Source: Paraspadella gotoi
Taxonomy: Eukaryota > Animalia > Chaetognatha
Assembly: GCA_051294375.1 (NCBI GenBank)
Contig: CM119270.1
Coordinates: 4,344,742-4,408,741 of the forward strand
Reading direction: 5' to 3'
Length of the DNA: 64,000 nt
Positions 13,380-27,082 of the stretch are shown in pieces. Within the stretch, counting starts at the first letter, position 1. Every line of letters starts with the position of its first letter. A program made the translations under genes and the position numbers. Below the pieces are notes generated by a model. The model worked only from the letters and a program-made list of their open reading frames with translations, did not search any database and was not told where the DNA came from.

Positions 13380-14461
13380 ATGAACGGCGACGATTACGTC
13401 AGCGAGTCGCTCATCCCACGCGACGCCGATGAGCCAGAGCCGACCGCCGCGACGCTACAGCTCCCCTTGGGATTCGACGAGGGCGACGATCGAGGTCGAC
13501 ATCTCCGCCTACGCTGACGCCGCTCAGCCTTTACCTTCCAAGCAGCCAACGCCGAAAACTTCATGCGACGCGAGAATCTCGTCGACGCCGGCAGGCAACC
13601 GCGGCGCTTCCGACCGCGAACTTCGCAGTGAAACGACGAGCTCCGCGCCGCCCCTGGCAGCGGCGACACGCGCTTTGGACGAGCGTCAAACCGAAAACCA
13701 GATTTACCGGACTTTGACGTTTCCAACATCGGAATCTGATTCGGCGCGTAGAGGCGGCTTAACCCGCGCGGGGATAACCGTCCCAAAAATAAGTTTGCCC
13801 ATCTGGAGCAAAAATAAACGTCAACGTCGATCCTACTATAAACCAATTCCTGTTCGGCGAAACGACGGAGAGACGTGGCGCCAGTTCTCCAGTATCTTGA
13901 GGAAGGAATATGGCCTGTCAAAAAGCGTCAACACGCCTCAACATTCTCGACACTCTCGACGTCGATGGCATTGAAGCCGTCGAAAATGCTAGCGAAGCTG
14001 GATGAGAGGACTCGAAACATCAACCTCGATGACGTGCGGAAAGAAAAAATTCTCCGCGAGTTGCCCGTCGACGTGCGTCGGCAATTAGAGGACAAGGCCG
14101 AGGACCTATCAGCCCACGACCTATGCCAACTCGCGGACCGGCCTTATGACTAACGAGGGAAACCTCAAGATCGCCAGTCAGCCTCATTGTCAACATACGT
14201 CGAGAGAGAGCAAGTCGACGTCATCATCGAATCAGAGGACGACGACGACGACGCCATCAATGCGTTTGGAATTTCCAGAAGCGTAATACAAACCGGGAAG
14301 AAGCGTCAGAATCAGGTCAAAGGAAAATAAAGAGCAAATTGATGACCCTCTGCAGCAAACACGTTTAAGTTTGGAGACAACGCGTGGTCGTGCGAACCCG
14401 GCTGCGCAAAATTCGAGGAATCTCAAAAGCGCAAAGAGGGAAACGGGAAAGGGGACGCCGC
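13380..14461 (+). pseudogene. gag: Frameshifted gag of Gypsy copy 1
   Basis: KISLPIWS, LKPSKMLAKL, ILRELPVDVRRQL, DLCQLADR, and a C-x2-H...FGDNAWSCEPGC zinc-finger-like motif followed by GGGAAAC at 14438-14444. Confidence 0.75.
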
Positions 14462-14968
14462 CACATGCCTGATTTTTCAAAAGACTCCAGGTTAACGCCC
14501 TGCTCTTCCTCCGTCCGCCTATCTCCTACACACTGCCTATTTTTCAAAAAAGACCTCCAGAGTTAACGCCCTGCTCCTTCCTCCGTTCGCCATCTCCTAC
14601 ACACTGCCTGATTTTTCAAAAAGACCTCCAGGTTAACGCCCTGCTCTTCCTCCGTCGCCTATCTCCTACACACTGCCTGATTTTCAAAAAAAGACCTCCA
14701 GGTTAACGCCCTGCTCCTTCCTCCGTCCGCCTATCTCCTACACACTGCCTGATTTTTCAAAAAGAACTCCAGGTTAACGCCCTGCTCCTTCCTCCGTCCG
14801 CCTATCTCCTACACATCTGCCTGATTTTCAAAAAACCCCCTCCAGGTTACGCCCTGCTCCTTCCCGTCCGCCTATCTCCTACACACTGCTGATTTTTCAA
14901 AAAAGACCTCCAGGTTTTAACGCCCTGCTCCTTCCTCCGTCGCCTATCTCCTACACACTGTGATTTTT
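14462..14968 (+). repeat. ~71-bp tandem repeat, 7 full units plus one partial
   Basis: Unit cacactgcctgatttttcaaaaagacctccaggttaacgccctgctccttcctccgtccgcctatctccta starts at ~14462, 14529, 14600, 14669, 14741, 14812, 14882 and 14954. Confidence 0.95.
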
Positions 14969-15936
14969 AAATCCCCGCCAACATCCCCACCCACCTCCGA
15001 TTTAGTGTCAGCAATTTTAATGATTAGTCTAAACTCGAAAAATATCTAAATTGTTTTATTTTGCTTTTAATAATAATGACATCAAACGTTATATAATTAT
15101 TAAAATTGATATAATTTAAACATACATATTTTAAAGAAATTTTTCTTGTTTGCTTTCAAATATTTATATTTACTAATATATTTTAAAGGAATATGTTTCT
15201 AAAACTACAACATGCAAAACAATTTTGTCATATTTTGCTTGGTCAGTGGTTGGTTTCCTCATTTCTCATTGCATAATGAAGAAGAGAAAAAATAGAAAGG
15301 GGAAAAGAGCGCGTTTGTTTTAGTTAATTACTGCATCTGACAAGACTCCCGAACGATCTCTCAAAAGCAAAACCAAATAATAAAAATCTTAAAGATAGGA
15401 TCGAGCCTGCCTTCAATGATACCAATATTGAAGTGGAAAATTCAAACCAAAATATTTGAATCCAAATGTAATATGAAAATTTCAAGCTATTTCAGATGAG
15501 AAGCCATATCTAATCGGACCAAAGATGGAATCGGATCCGCGACTCGATAGAATTCGCCGAAGATTCTCTCATTGGACCGAATCACCATCGGAACGGACCA
15601 ATGAGAAGAAGAGCTTCTTGCCATCGGAAAATGAACCCGTGTGCGATGATCCGATGACCTGTATAAATACTGATCGTTTTTGTATCCGATTTATTCTGTC
15701 TCTAATTCTCACTCTGTTCTTCGCTTGATATATTTCTGAGAATAAAAAATCCACTTGGTTTCATGTCGAAATCTCTGTCTACTTACTTAAATGAGAGAGA
15801 AAGGGCGGGAGAAACCGGTAAACGAGAGGGCGAACGAGTCGTACGGTCAACCTTGGTCCGGTCAATCGGTCAGTCCATCGACCTCGGTTGTCGTCGTCTT
15901 GTCGTCGTCTCCGTCGGTCTCGTGCCTTTCTCTTCA

Positions 15937-15971
<35 letters not shown>

Positions 15972-18030
15972 ATGAATATAAGTTTTTTTATTCAGAAAGT
16001 TGATTTCATTGATTGATTATGCTTTATTGATTAAAATGAAGACAAAGAGGAATATAATATTAGACAAGATAACAAGACAACAAATATCCCCAAACAGTGA
16101 AATAAAATCAAGTTGAGCAAACTTGATAATCTCGGGGTCTGTTGGGTTTACTGGTGAGATCTTTCTCATTAAAACTGAAATATAACGAAAATCCGTTTTA
16201 ACCTATATCACTGTAATCCCAGCCAGCTTTAAACATAAATATATTTCTTTTTAACATAAACCTTCGTAAACGACTTGTAAAATAAAATATGAAATAAATT
16301 TAAAATCCTAGTTCTTTCTTTGTTATTTCTTGGAATTGAGAAGTTTATTGGTAAAGCTTGTTTCTCTCTTAAATAACAAAATCGCTAAAATCCGCATTAC
16401 CAGTTATTACTAGAACCTTATGCTACCTGTTCAACCTGACAATGATATTTAATTCAGATAAACCTGCTTAAACGAATACAAGAAAGTCATGAAAAAAAAG
16501 AAAAAATCTGAAAACCTGTTCTTTCTTTGTTATTTTTGATGATTGACATGTAACTGTAAGGTATATTTCTTCTTAAAACTCAAAACGCACAAAAACCGCA
16601 ACAGACCATAATAGCCAAAACCGATTACTAACTATAAAACTATTGTCAATTTTAAAATATAATAAACCTGTTTAAACGGGTAACTACAAGAAAAATTTTA
16701 AATTCTTGAATGTAGTTAATTTCTTATATATTTTTCGCGCATGTCTGTTGTTGAATACCTGATGTTACGAAATCATTATCACAAATATATACCGTGGAAA
16801 TCCAAACTTTCTTCTTTCACCCCGATGCTCTTTTATTTCTATTTTTACTAACGCAAGGAAATTCTATTTCTTCCCGCGATCACAGCGACATCTTTGGTTT
16901 CTAATTTGTATCATAGTATATATACTTAAGTACAGCTTCGAGTGCTACGCATGCTGTTTCTGATTGTTCCCGCCCGTTTCTTTAGATCTCAGCATTGATT
17001 TCTATCGACGTGTGACCTCTCAGATTTGTCAGTCTGCAATGCGTTTTTACTACTTTTTAAGATAATTAAATCGTTATTTAAGATATCTCGGAAACTTCTT
17101 TTTAATAAGAACTAGTGATCGCTGGATTGGTGGACTTTCCTTGTGATAGAGGCAACCATTTCTACAAATTTGGCTTCAGTAAACAAGTAAGATGGATTCT
17201 TTAACTTTATATTATTTGCTGAAGTGTGTATTAAATGTTTTGTTATTCTTGCCCAGGACTTCTAACTCTCTCTCTACTCTAACACTCCATCTCATCAACT
17301 TTAGATAAGAAGTGCTGGGCTTCGACTTTGTCGTCAGATCTCATCTTGAGCGTCAAGACGGCGCCATCGTCTCGTCCGCGCCATCTAAACTCGAATTCCT
17401 CTCGTTTTGATAGCGCAGGATCAGCTCAGCCAGTTAGTTGTCAACGACAGCCACCCTAGAACATAGTTCAATACACCTGATTTGAAAAATCAAATTCTCT
17501 CTTAATTTTAAAAAATCGCAATAATCGCATCAACACAGAATAAGTAAACCTCCTTTAACTAATAAAACCTATAGATATTACCAGCAGTGATAAACTGGTT
17601 AAACGAGTGACATAAAGTAAAAAAAATGTTTTTGTAAAATTTTTTTCAATGTAAAATACATGGAGTATGGTAAGAAAAAATTATCTTATTTTATACGTAT
17701 GAAAAAATATTTTGTTCTTATGCAACATATGCGCAAGGGGAGACAATGCAGCTTTCAAAAACGGCCGTATCATTTTTATGCATATAAACGCATAGTATAA
17801 GAAAATGGCATTTGTCAAATAAAAAAATAATTTATTTAGAGGAGGGTAAAAGAAAAGTTAAAAAAGAAGAAAAGAAAGGTTGGACGAGTTGTTGGCGATC
17901 TTTTCTGGTTCAAAAGCCCGCAAGACCATCTACTTATCAGTTAACGCTATTCAAAAAATCGAATCGATGACATGACTTTTTTCACTCGATTTTGAAATTT
18001 TTTTTTTCCTGGAGGTCTGAGGCACCCGTG
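14462..18030. mobile_element. Non-autonomous DNA transposon-like insertion with CAC...GTG termini (Transib/Chapaev/RAG-like ends)
   Basis: Flanked by direct repeat CGCCGC (14456-14461 and 18031-18036). The flanks are contiguous in Gypsy copy 2. The ends share CAC...TGCCT and AGACCTCCAGG in inverted orientation. No transposase ORF recognised. Confidence 0.75.
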
Positions 18031-20497
18031 CGCCGCGGTGAACGCCGTCCCCCATCATCAATCACGTTCACCAGGCAGCAATCGACTTACTGTACATACA
18101 GAAGACTCGCAAAGCAGATCAAACTGGTTTGGTGGACGGCGGGGCCCTCCTATCAATTATTCCTCCGACTCACGAACAAAGGCAAAGCGGACGCAAACCA
18201 GAGATGAAGTTTACAAAGCAGCAAATGGTTTCCCAATAAAACTGCTTGGCAACCATCAAAAAGACGCGTCACACTAGGAAAAAGACAATTTCGAATATGA
18301 ATGTTGTAGTGGCTGTCCGTCACACAGTTTATCTAGGAGGCAGATTTTCTCGCGGAAAATTTCTTAGCGCCTAATCACAGAGACGGCGCTATTGATGAGC
18401 CTGAAGGACTACTCGCCGATAGCCGCGTCCGACATCTCCGGAGCCACTACTCACGTGAATTTTGTAGATCGCAAAGGCAAAAAGTTTATAAACTCTTAGG
18501 ATTCGTTTCCTTCTCTTTCAACGCCGCATTCGAACTCAAAGAACCGCGTCACGGCGTTTTTACCCACTCCATCCCGACAGAAGTCGACCCGTGTCATCTC
18601 GGAGCGCATCGAATAGATCCGGAAAAGCTGCAGTGGCAAAGAACGAGCTGGAAAAATGGTCTCGCTAAGGTATAGCACAAGAGAGGAAAATCAGAGTGGT
18701 CCCTCGCCGCTTCACGTAGTAGCAAAGCCGGACCGGTGGTTGGGCTGCTGCGGTGATTACCGCGGCTGAATGCTCAAACGATAGACGACCGCTATTTCCG
18801 GTCAAGCTGCTGACCGACTTTAACGCGCAACTCGAGGGAAAAACTATCTTTTCAAAGAATAGACTTACTTAAGGGGGTATCAAAGCAGATCGGCCCGTTT
18901 CAACCCCGAAGGACGGTAAAAAGAGGCGGTCATTCACGGCCATTCGGCTGTACGTCTTTCCCGCTGCCCATTTGGGCTGAAAAATGCGGGGCAGATTTTT
19001 CAGCGCCTTATGGACTGCGATACTCGGCGACATCCCGACACATTCGTCTATCTCGACGACATTTTTGGTCGCGTCGACAACGCCGGAGAAGCATCTTCGT
19101 GACCTTAGAGCGTGTCTTAAGACACTGCGACGACAACGGCTCGTGGTAAACCGAAGAAATGTCTCCTTGGCCAGGATCCCTGGAATTTCTGGGTTTCCTC
19201 GTCGACAAGATGTGTGCGCCCTTTACCCGAACGGGTAAAACTCTTCGTGCAAACGACAAAAGCCGACATAATCAAAGGACTCCAGCATCCTTGGAATGAT
19301 AATTACATCGGCGTTTCTATTCCAAAGGTCGCTCATCGCTGTGCGCCACTGTATGAAGCACTTCAGTGGAAAGCCAAAGAAAGATATTAAAGTGGACGGA
19401 AGGACTGCGACCGAGCCTTTGGAAGAATCAAAGAAGGCTTGAATCGGCAGGCAGCGCTTACCTGCATCATCCTCGACGGCTGCGCAGCTTGGCATCACGA
19501 CGGATCGCGTCTGACGCACGGCGGTGGGAGGCCGTGCTGGAAGCAAAGAGGCCCAAAGGCTGGGAGCCTTTGGCCTTTTTTTGGCCAAATGTGGCTGAAA
19601 AACCAGAAGCTCTGGCACTTCGACGCGAGCTTTATGGGCGCTTCGTGCAGTCCGGCATTTTCGCCACTGGATTGAAAGGAAGAACATTCACGATCTATAC
19701 AGACCACCAGAGTCTCATTCCCGCCATCAAGAAAAGTCTGAAAGCCCAACCGCTCGTCAAGCTTACCAGCTGTCAGTTAATAGCTGAGTATACGACAGAT
19801 ATCGCGCTACTGAAAGGCAAGGCGAATTGCTCGTCGCAGACGCGCTCTCTGTCCGAACAACGCGTCAACAGCAGCAGCAGCATCACAGCAGAGCAGCAGG
19901 ATACAAGCGCTCAGAATCGTCCGACGATCAACTCAGCAACGTCTTTCGACCTCTTTCCGCCAGTCATACAGCTAGCCTGGCAGAAAATTGCGGCAAAAGT
20001 CGACAATATCAAAATAGTCTCCAATGAGGCGATTCGACAAATGACTCAAGCCAGTGCAGGGACGACTCCAACATTTCGACAGTATCAAAGCGACGAGCGA
20101 GTGGAGCGAGAAATCAACCCAACCGTTTGGAGCGCCAATGCGCTGATGTTGCGTCGTTAACAACGCTTCGGAGATCGGACTTTGACAAATGGCGCGGGAA
20201 CAAGTTCTAGATCCGAACTTTTCAAAAGATCTCTGAGGAAGCGGAACCGGCTTTGACATTCCGGAAGATTCGAGTTGGCATCAGGAACTCCTTCTGCTGA
20301 TAGTTCAAAGCGGTCCAGCGAGACCATTTCCGTTCAGCATCGTGGCGACGAAAAGTTTTTTGACGTTATACACGGACTCGGGTCATCCAGGGGTCGACGC
20401 GATCGAGCAACTGCTAGCGGGCGAAATTTCGTCTGGGACGAATATGCGCCAGGAACGTTACGCAATGGTGCAGCGTGACTGTGTCGATTGCCAGCGG
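18031..20497 (+). pseudogene. pol: Frameshifted pol of Gypsy copy 1 (PR-RT-RH-IN N-terminus)
   Basis: LVDGGALLSII (~18130, frameshifted), SPLHVVAKP..CCGDYRRLN (~18700-18770), FGLKNAGQIFQRLMD (~18972), FVYLDDI (19043-19063), GRTFTIYTDHQSL (~19678), HGLGHPG...CVDCQR (20371-20497). Confidence 0.9.
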
Positions 20498-22730
20498 GTC
20501 TCTCTCTCTCTCAAATTATTCCAAACTCATCCCTTTTTTAAAAGGCGTTCGATGGGATTATGACGTCAGCGCATCGACTTTTGTTCTCTACTTTTTTTAT
20601 TCTCTCAATTTTTCTCTTCACCAATCCAGTGAAAGGAGAAAACGAGGTAAGTTTCTCGAGATGGGGTGTGATTAACGGATCCTAAGCTCTCACCTGTTTT
20701 TTGGTTGAGGCTCTCTTATCAAATCAGAGTTGAAAATGTGATTTTCGTTTAATGAAAAAAAGATTTGTCGTCTATTATCTCATTTGCATTTTGCAAAGTT
20801 TCTCTCGTTCGACAATTTCCGATTTTTTCTTTCGAAAACGTTGCGAATTTAGTAATTCAGACATTAATGTCAATTAATAAAATGGTAATTAGCTTGAATT
20901 ATAAACAATCTAACTCTCGGTAGAAAAATGAAATTTTTTTTAATAACAAAAAACTAACGGTTAAACGTTAGGGCCATTGATAGATTAATTTCTTTCCTTC
21001 CCTCTCCGTGCTTCCCTCCTTTTATTTCATATTTTTTCTCCACCCCCTTTTTTCTCCCTTTTTTCTTTTTTCCTCTTTTCTTTCCTGCTTTCCTCTTTTC
21101 CCCTCATTTTACCTCCTTTCCTCCTATCATTTCCTTTTTTTTTCTTTTCTCTCTTTCCTCTTTTTTCCCCTTTTTTTCTCTTTTCATCCATTTTTCCTCC
21201 TTCCCTCCCTTCCTCTTTTCCTCCATGCTTTCCTCCTTTCCTCCTTTTCTCTCTTCTTTCCTCCAGATGTCGCCTCCAATTCCTTCCTTCGTTTTTCGTC
21301 ACCGACGAAAATGAGTGACGACATTTTTCTCTACGTCGCCATCTTGTTTTTTCCACTTTTCCGTCCTTCTTTTCTTTTCCTTCCTTGTCACTAACTTTTT
21401 CTTTTTTCTTCTGTAACTTTCCTTCTAACTTCCTTCTATTTTTTTTCTTTTCTTTCTTTTCTTTGTCTCTTAATATTTTCTCCTATTACCTCATTACTTT
21501 TGCTTACCACGAATTTCTCATCTTTTTTTCATTTTCTTTTTTTACTATTCTTCTTTTTCTTTTAATTCTCACTTAATATTTTTAGTTGCGCCTCAAGTAC
21601 TCGTGGAGCATCTCTATAAGTCACTTTTCCGTCGGTCGATCTGTCGGTCGACGTTCTGTTCCGCTTACGTTAGTTGGATGTTCATTTGACAAGGATAGAA
21701 ACTGAAATCGAAGCAACTGCTAGCGCTACCTTTTGTTTTTAAAGAAAACTATAAAGTATAAAAGACGAGATTCAAATGCTAGCCATAGCCGATGAAATTT
21801 AAATGCTAATGTATACAGCGTTAAAATAATCTATCAAGACCATAGATTATGGTATTAAATATTTTTTGTCAAAAATGCTTTCTTCTGAGGGTACTCGCCT
21901 AATTAAAAATATTATATTACTATATAAAGCAAAAATATTTTTTTTAAATCTTAAAATTTTTTGATGGATTCTGATAGAGCTTAAAAGTTAAAACAAGAAA
22001 TATAACTACAGCTTTTAAAATTCTTACGTTTTCTAAGTGAAAATATAAAAAAACTGATAAAATCATCGAAGATGATGATGATGATGATTTTTATAGTTTT
22101 TCTTATTTTTGACACACTTATCATAAAAATATTTAAAAAAGAATCATACTTTGTGTAGACAACTTTTTATGAGCTATCTGAATCTGGTCTTAAAATTTAA
22201 AAATTCAAAAAAAAATTTTTTGCCTTTCTATCTATAAATAAATATTAAAAATTAATTACTAGGGTATAGAGCCATATTATAAATTTTTTGTCCATTGAAA
22301 GTATTCTTAAAAATGTCTAAATATTCGTTTGAGCATGTACTCACTCTAAATTTTTGACTCACCCCATTGAGTGCGGCTACCCCTACCAATGCAGCGCGTG
22401 TTGAAGTTAAATGGAAATATGCGTGATAAAAAGTTACTGCGGCGCAAACACGCATTGGAATTTCCGTTCGTGTTTTCCCCTTTTTTTTTTTATCGCTTTT
22501 CTCATCTTTCCAACAGTATTTTTACTTACTCAGGTTTTATCTTAATTTTCTTTTGAAGAAATTTTTTTCAAATTAGCTCACTTAGTGTGCTTTGGATGTT
22601 GACGCTTCGTTCCTTTCCTAAAACTTACTTTTCCTTTTCACTTGTCTTAACCCTTTTTTTTAAATTTTACACAATTATAAATGTATCGCTCTCAACTGAT
22701 TTTTATTTATCTCTCTTAAAGTTTTGCGCT

Positions 22731-22823
<93 letters not shown>

Positions 22824-24693
22824 CTCTCTCTCTCTCTCCTCTCTCTCTCTTCTCTCTCCTTCTCTCTCTCCTCTCTCTCTCTCTCTCCTCTCTCGTCTCT
22901 CTTTCTTTTTGTAGGGTTAGAGTCGGTTAATTAGGCGGCGAATCATCCTCGACCGTACTCTATCTCATACTCGTATGAGAATCGACCTTGGCCGCGCGTC
23001 TCATGGCTTCTCGCAGGGCCTGCCCTACCTTTCGTCTCTTATTCTCTCGTCGGTGTGCTGCTTTGGGATATGACGAGCTAGGCTCACGCGCAGATCCGTC
23101 GTTCGGCACGCCGCGTCCCTTGGTCCGGTCCAGTCTCTGTTCTCTCGCTTATGTTGCTTGGCTTCATGTCAAGACCAGTAGCCAACGATCGTGTGCAATC
23201 CTTGGAGGACAATGTAGGTATAGGTGGTAGCCTGTTAAAACATTTACCTATTGATTTGAGGATGGTGATTCCTCATATTTCATCTTCGCATTGTGTTGGT
23301 GCCATCTCTCTCGTCACTTACAGTAGAGAGGCCGACGTTTGGACTGCGTTTTTTGTTGTTAAAGATATTGATGCTAAAGTATTTTGATGATGCACAAGGT
23401 CTTTTCACATTTTGGTTCGTTGGTGTACCTTTTAGTGTCCGGTGTCGACCGAAGAGTAGACACCGTTACCATTTTCCGCCCGATCGTTTTTTTCACGCTA
23501 TCTTTCGCTTATCGACCTAGCTTTCTCCCCCCCAACCAATAAGTATCCCTGTCGTGCCTGTATATCGTTGGTCTCATGGCTGGTTGAGATGGTCTGAGGT
23601 CGTAATTGTATTTTGTTTTTTTTATTCGTTTTTTTTCCTGTTTTTTTTGTACGAAGGCCTGTTTGACGACTGAAAAGCCCGACAAAACCGACAGCGAAGC
23701 CGACGGCGACGAAAAGCGTCAGTTTCGGTGAGAAAAAAAAAAGAGTGAAAAGTCGCATCCAATTTCGAGTTTGGAGAAAAAGTGGTGAAGTCAGAGAGAC
23801 GAGGGCGAAATTAAGAACGGATGTTGACTACGATGACGATGATGATGATGATGATGATGATGNNNNNNNNNNNNNNNNNNNNNNNNNNNNNNNNNNNNNN
23901 NNNNNNNNNNNNNNNNNNNNNNNNNNNNNNNNNNNNNNNNNNNNNNNNNNNNNNNNNNNNNNNNNNNNNNNNNNNNNNNNNNNNNNNNNNNNNNNNNNNN
24001 NNNNNNNNNNNNNNNNNNNNNNNNNNNNNNNNNNNNNNNNNNNNNNNNNNNNNNNNNNNNNNNNNNNNNNNATAGTATGTACTATGTAAAGTGTCAGACG
24101 AACCGGCGAGCTATTGGCGCCTAAGTCCAACGGCCTCACGGAGCTTTGGCTTTATCGGTCGTTCATCTGCAAAGTTGAAGGCTTCGATATATTGTGTTTT
24201 TGAATAAATATTTAATTTCAAAATTAGTCCCAATTTGAATCCATTTCTTATTAAAATTTCATTCTTATGATTTGTTTTTCTAAAGAATCTTTTTTCCGGT
24301 TGTCTTTTTGTTTTGATTTAATCTTTCACTGCCTTTCGAGGCGACATCTAACGTAGACCGTCGTAAGCGACATCGCTTATAAATAAACCGAGATACAAAC
24401 ATCAGTTGACGACGTTTACGACGCTACATTCATCTCGAGAACGAGGCTTGAAAAATACGAGGAAAAATATCTGAATATCGATTCTCTTCATGGGAAACAT
24501 CTCAGCGTAAATTTTAGGAAAAGTGTGTGTGTNNNNNNNNNNNNNNNNNNNNNNNNNAGGAACACTCCAATTCACAAACAAAGGAACAATCAATTCCACG
24601 ACACTGTCCGATTGAAAAAGAGTTTCTTTCATTCTCTCGTTTCGCTCGTCTCGACCGATTCCACATGAAAGATGAATGGGAAAAAATTCATTT

Positions 24694-25032
24694 TGTGGGA
24701 ACGTCCCTGGGTTTCGCCTATAGCGTGACACAGGGCGTAGACAACTCAGTGATTCGTGGCTAAGTTCGTGACGAAGGAATGAAGCAGGAGAACAATCGAA
24801 TACGAGATTTTGTTTTAATGGTGAAATTAAAAGACGTTTCTAATGTATTTGGTAACTATCTTTTAATCCAAGACAAAAAAAGTTCTGATTTGAATTCAAA
24901 AACCATGCAGTTAAAGAGACATTTGGAAACAAAGATGAATATTTTGAGGGAGAATGGTTGATCTTGAGGTGAGTTGAGGGTCAACCTAATTGTTTAGGAT
25001 GATGGTTGACCGATCGACCTAAAGTGGCCGCA
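24694..25032 (-). repeat. 3' LTR of Gypsy copy 2
   Basis: tgtgggaacgtcc...gaccgatcgacctaaagtggccgca, a direct repeat of 30432-30770. Confidence 0.9.
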
Positions 25033-25042
25033 TGCCCCCCTA
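25033..25042 (-). promoter_or_regulatory. Polypurine tract
   Basis: Minus-strand TAGGGGGGCA immediately upstream of the 3' LTR. Confidence 0.8.
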
Positions 25043-27082
25043 TGTTGAAATATATACTAAAATATAATCAAGTAAATAGTTGTCGTCCACCGAGTCTATG
25101 AATATTATATCACTCTACTAATAATAATAGAAACAAATTAAAAAAAAATTATTCAACAACCAAATAAATTGAAAATAAGATAACTTGACTTCGTAGGAAA
25201 GAATTAACAATTTGCAGAAAAAGAAAATACATAATCTCTAATATGTACAATATACTAGGTATAACAGGGGTTTTTACTTTTCACATTTTTTTGTTGTTGT
25301 TGTCTATCAATTTGTCGTCTGTAAGCATCTTCCTTTAGGACAACAGAGTACATTGGATCGATTCGACAAATTTTTCGTAGTCGGCTTTGGATGCTTGATC
25401 ACACGCTTGGCTCATTTCGTTCTTTTCTCTGTTGTGTTGTTGTTGGACTTGTCTTGCTCGGTGGAAGTTGATGAGCGTGGAGGCCGGGAGAAAAGAGAAG
25501 TAGATGAAAACCGACAAAAAACAAAAAAAACTAAAGGGATGGTGGAGGGAGGTGAGGGACACATGGGGTCTTTGGGGATGAGAGGAGGTTGGTTCAGACG
25601 GAAGAGAAGGAGGAGAGGAGGAGGAGGAAGCTCGCAGAGAAATGGGAGAAATCGCGCGGCCGGAGTCATTGGAGCGCGTTTGTTCGAGTCGTTGGTGCTG
25701 GCGCGCGAAGTTCGTGGACCGGGTGGGCGCACCTCTTGGGCGTTCGACGGAAGTTAGACACTCTGCTCTCAGCAATCCAAACACTCACACTGGATACCGG
25801 GCGGGTTTGACTCGTGGAAATGTTACCTGTTTCACGACCCCGTGCTCGTAATGCTCGATGGTAATGTTCAACCATTGCCGGTTACCACTCTGTACGCGCC
25901 CCTCGTAGGGTAGGAACCAGTGTGGCTGTATTTTGCCTTCTCCTGATGAAGAACATACTTGGCTGTCTCCAGGTCGCTCGGAATGTGTACAGCCGTTTGA
26001 TGGTGCGCTGACAGTTGGAGTAGGTTGAAGACGCGCGACTTCCACTCGAAGTTATAGGCCAGCTGGTTTTGCCGCCGCAGCTGCAATGCTGGCGTCGTCG
26101 TTCTGTGCATGCATCAAGCGATACATCGGGGACGCTGATTTCTTTTTCCGAATACTAGGTCTCTGTGACGAGGGGCCGATGTCACTGCCCTTGACGTGTG
26201 GGTCTCTTATTGCTAAGAGAGTCATTGGTAATTTCCAGTACCAAATTCTCTCTGTTTCGTTGCCGAGGGGGATGAGAGACTTCTTCAGCCGCCGATGAAA
26301 ACCATCCACCAGGCCCGTTGGCCTGCGGGTGATATCGCCGTCGTTGTTTGTGTTTTATATGCCACCATTGCTTCAGGCAGCTGTTGCCCAGAACAGCGTC
26401 GAGCCGAACCTGGCGTCCCTTGGCGGTCGTGAATGAGGAGGAAGTCCCAAAACGGCAATCGCAGTCGTGCTTGATGCGTTCTAAGATGGTCGATGTGAGC
26501 GTGTCCGTGAGATGGGATTAGGCGGTTGCCATCTTGGAAACGGTCGACCAATGGTGGTAAGTGTGAAAAACCGTTTGAGTTTGGGCAATTTTTAACAAGA
26601 TCGGAAGATTAAATTTTTGAAATCGATCTTGTGAGTATTTGAATTCGCCTATCTCCGGTATCACCATGTCGTGTAACTTTGGCTCTTTGACAGTCGACGA
26701 GTCTCTGGCCCAGCGAGTTACGTCTGCGCATGCTGGTCCAGACCAAATTTGGCAGTCGTACGCCTTGCGTGTGCAGTCAAAGCCTGGATGTCCTAGACCA
26801 TGTGATAATGTCAAAAATTTATTTGGCGCCACGATGGCCGGCACAAAAAGGTCCGAGCCTGGGCCATTTGAAATAGTCCACTAGCAGGTCCTCATTGAAC
26901 TCGAATCTTGCGGAAGGTGAGACCCGATCTCGCGTCTTCTGCAACTTCCGGGTAGTCGGGATCCAGCGCCTGTTTCCCTCGCCATCTGTTCGAAATCAAC
27001 TATCGAAACTGGTGCGTGAACGGCGATGACGCAATGGCGTCTTGCGCAATCTGTTTGCTTTTATTGACTTCTCTTTTGCAGT

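Larger units (their letters stand above)
13197..20497 (+). mobile_element. Ty3/Gypsy LTR retrotransposon copy 1: degenerate, split by a 3.57-kb insertion, 3'-truncated within integrase
   Basis: gag, protease, RT, RNase H and integrase HHCC motifs in Gypsy order; homologous to copy 2; ends in a (CT)n tract at ~20498. The 5' LTR cannot be verified because no 3' LTR remains. Confidence 0.9.

Noticed and set aside
14462-14968. CRISPR-like array
   Set aside because: Units are contiguous with no unique spacers, there are no cas genes, and the context is eukaryotic.
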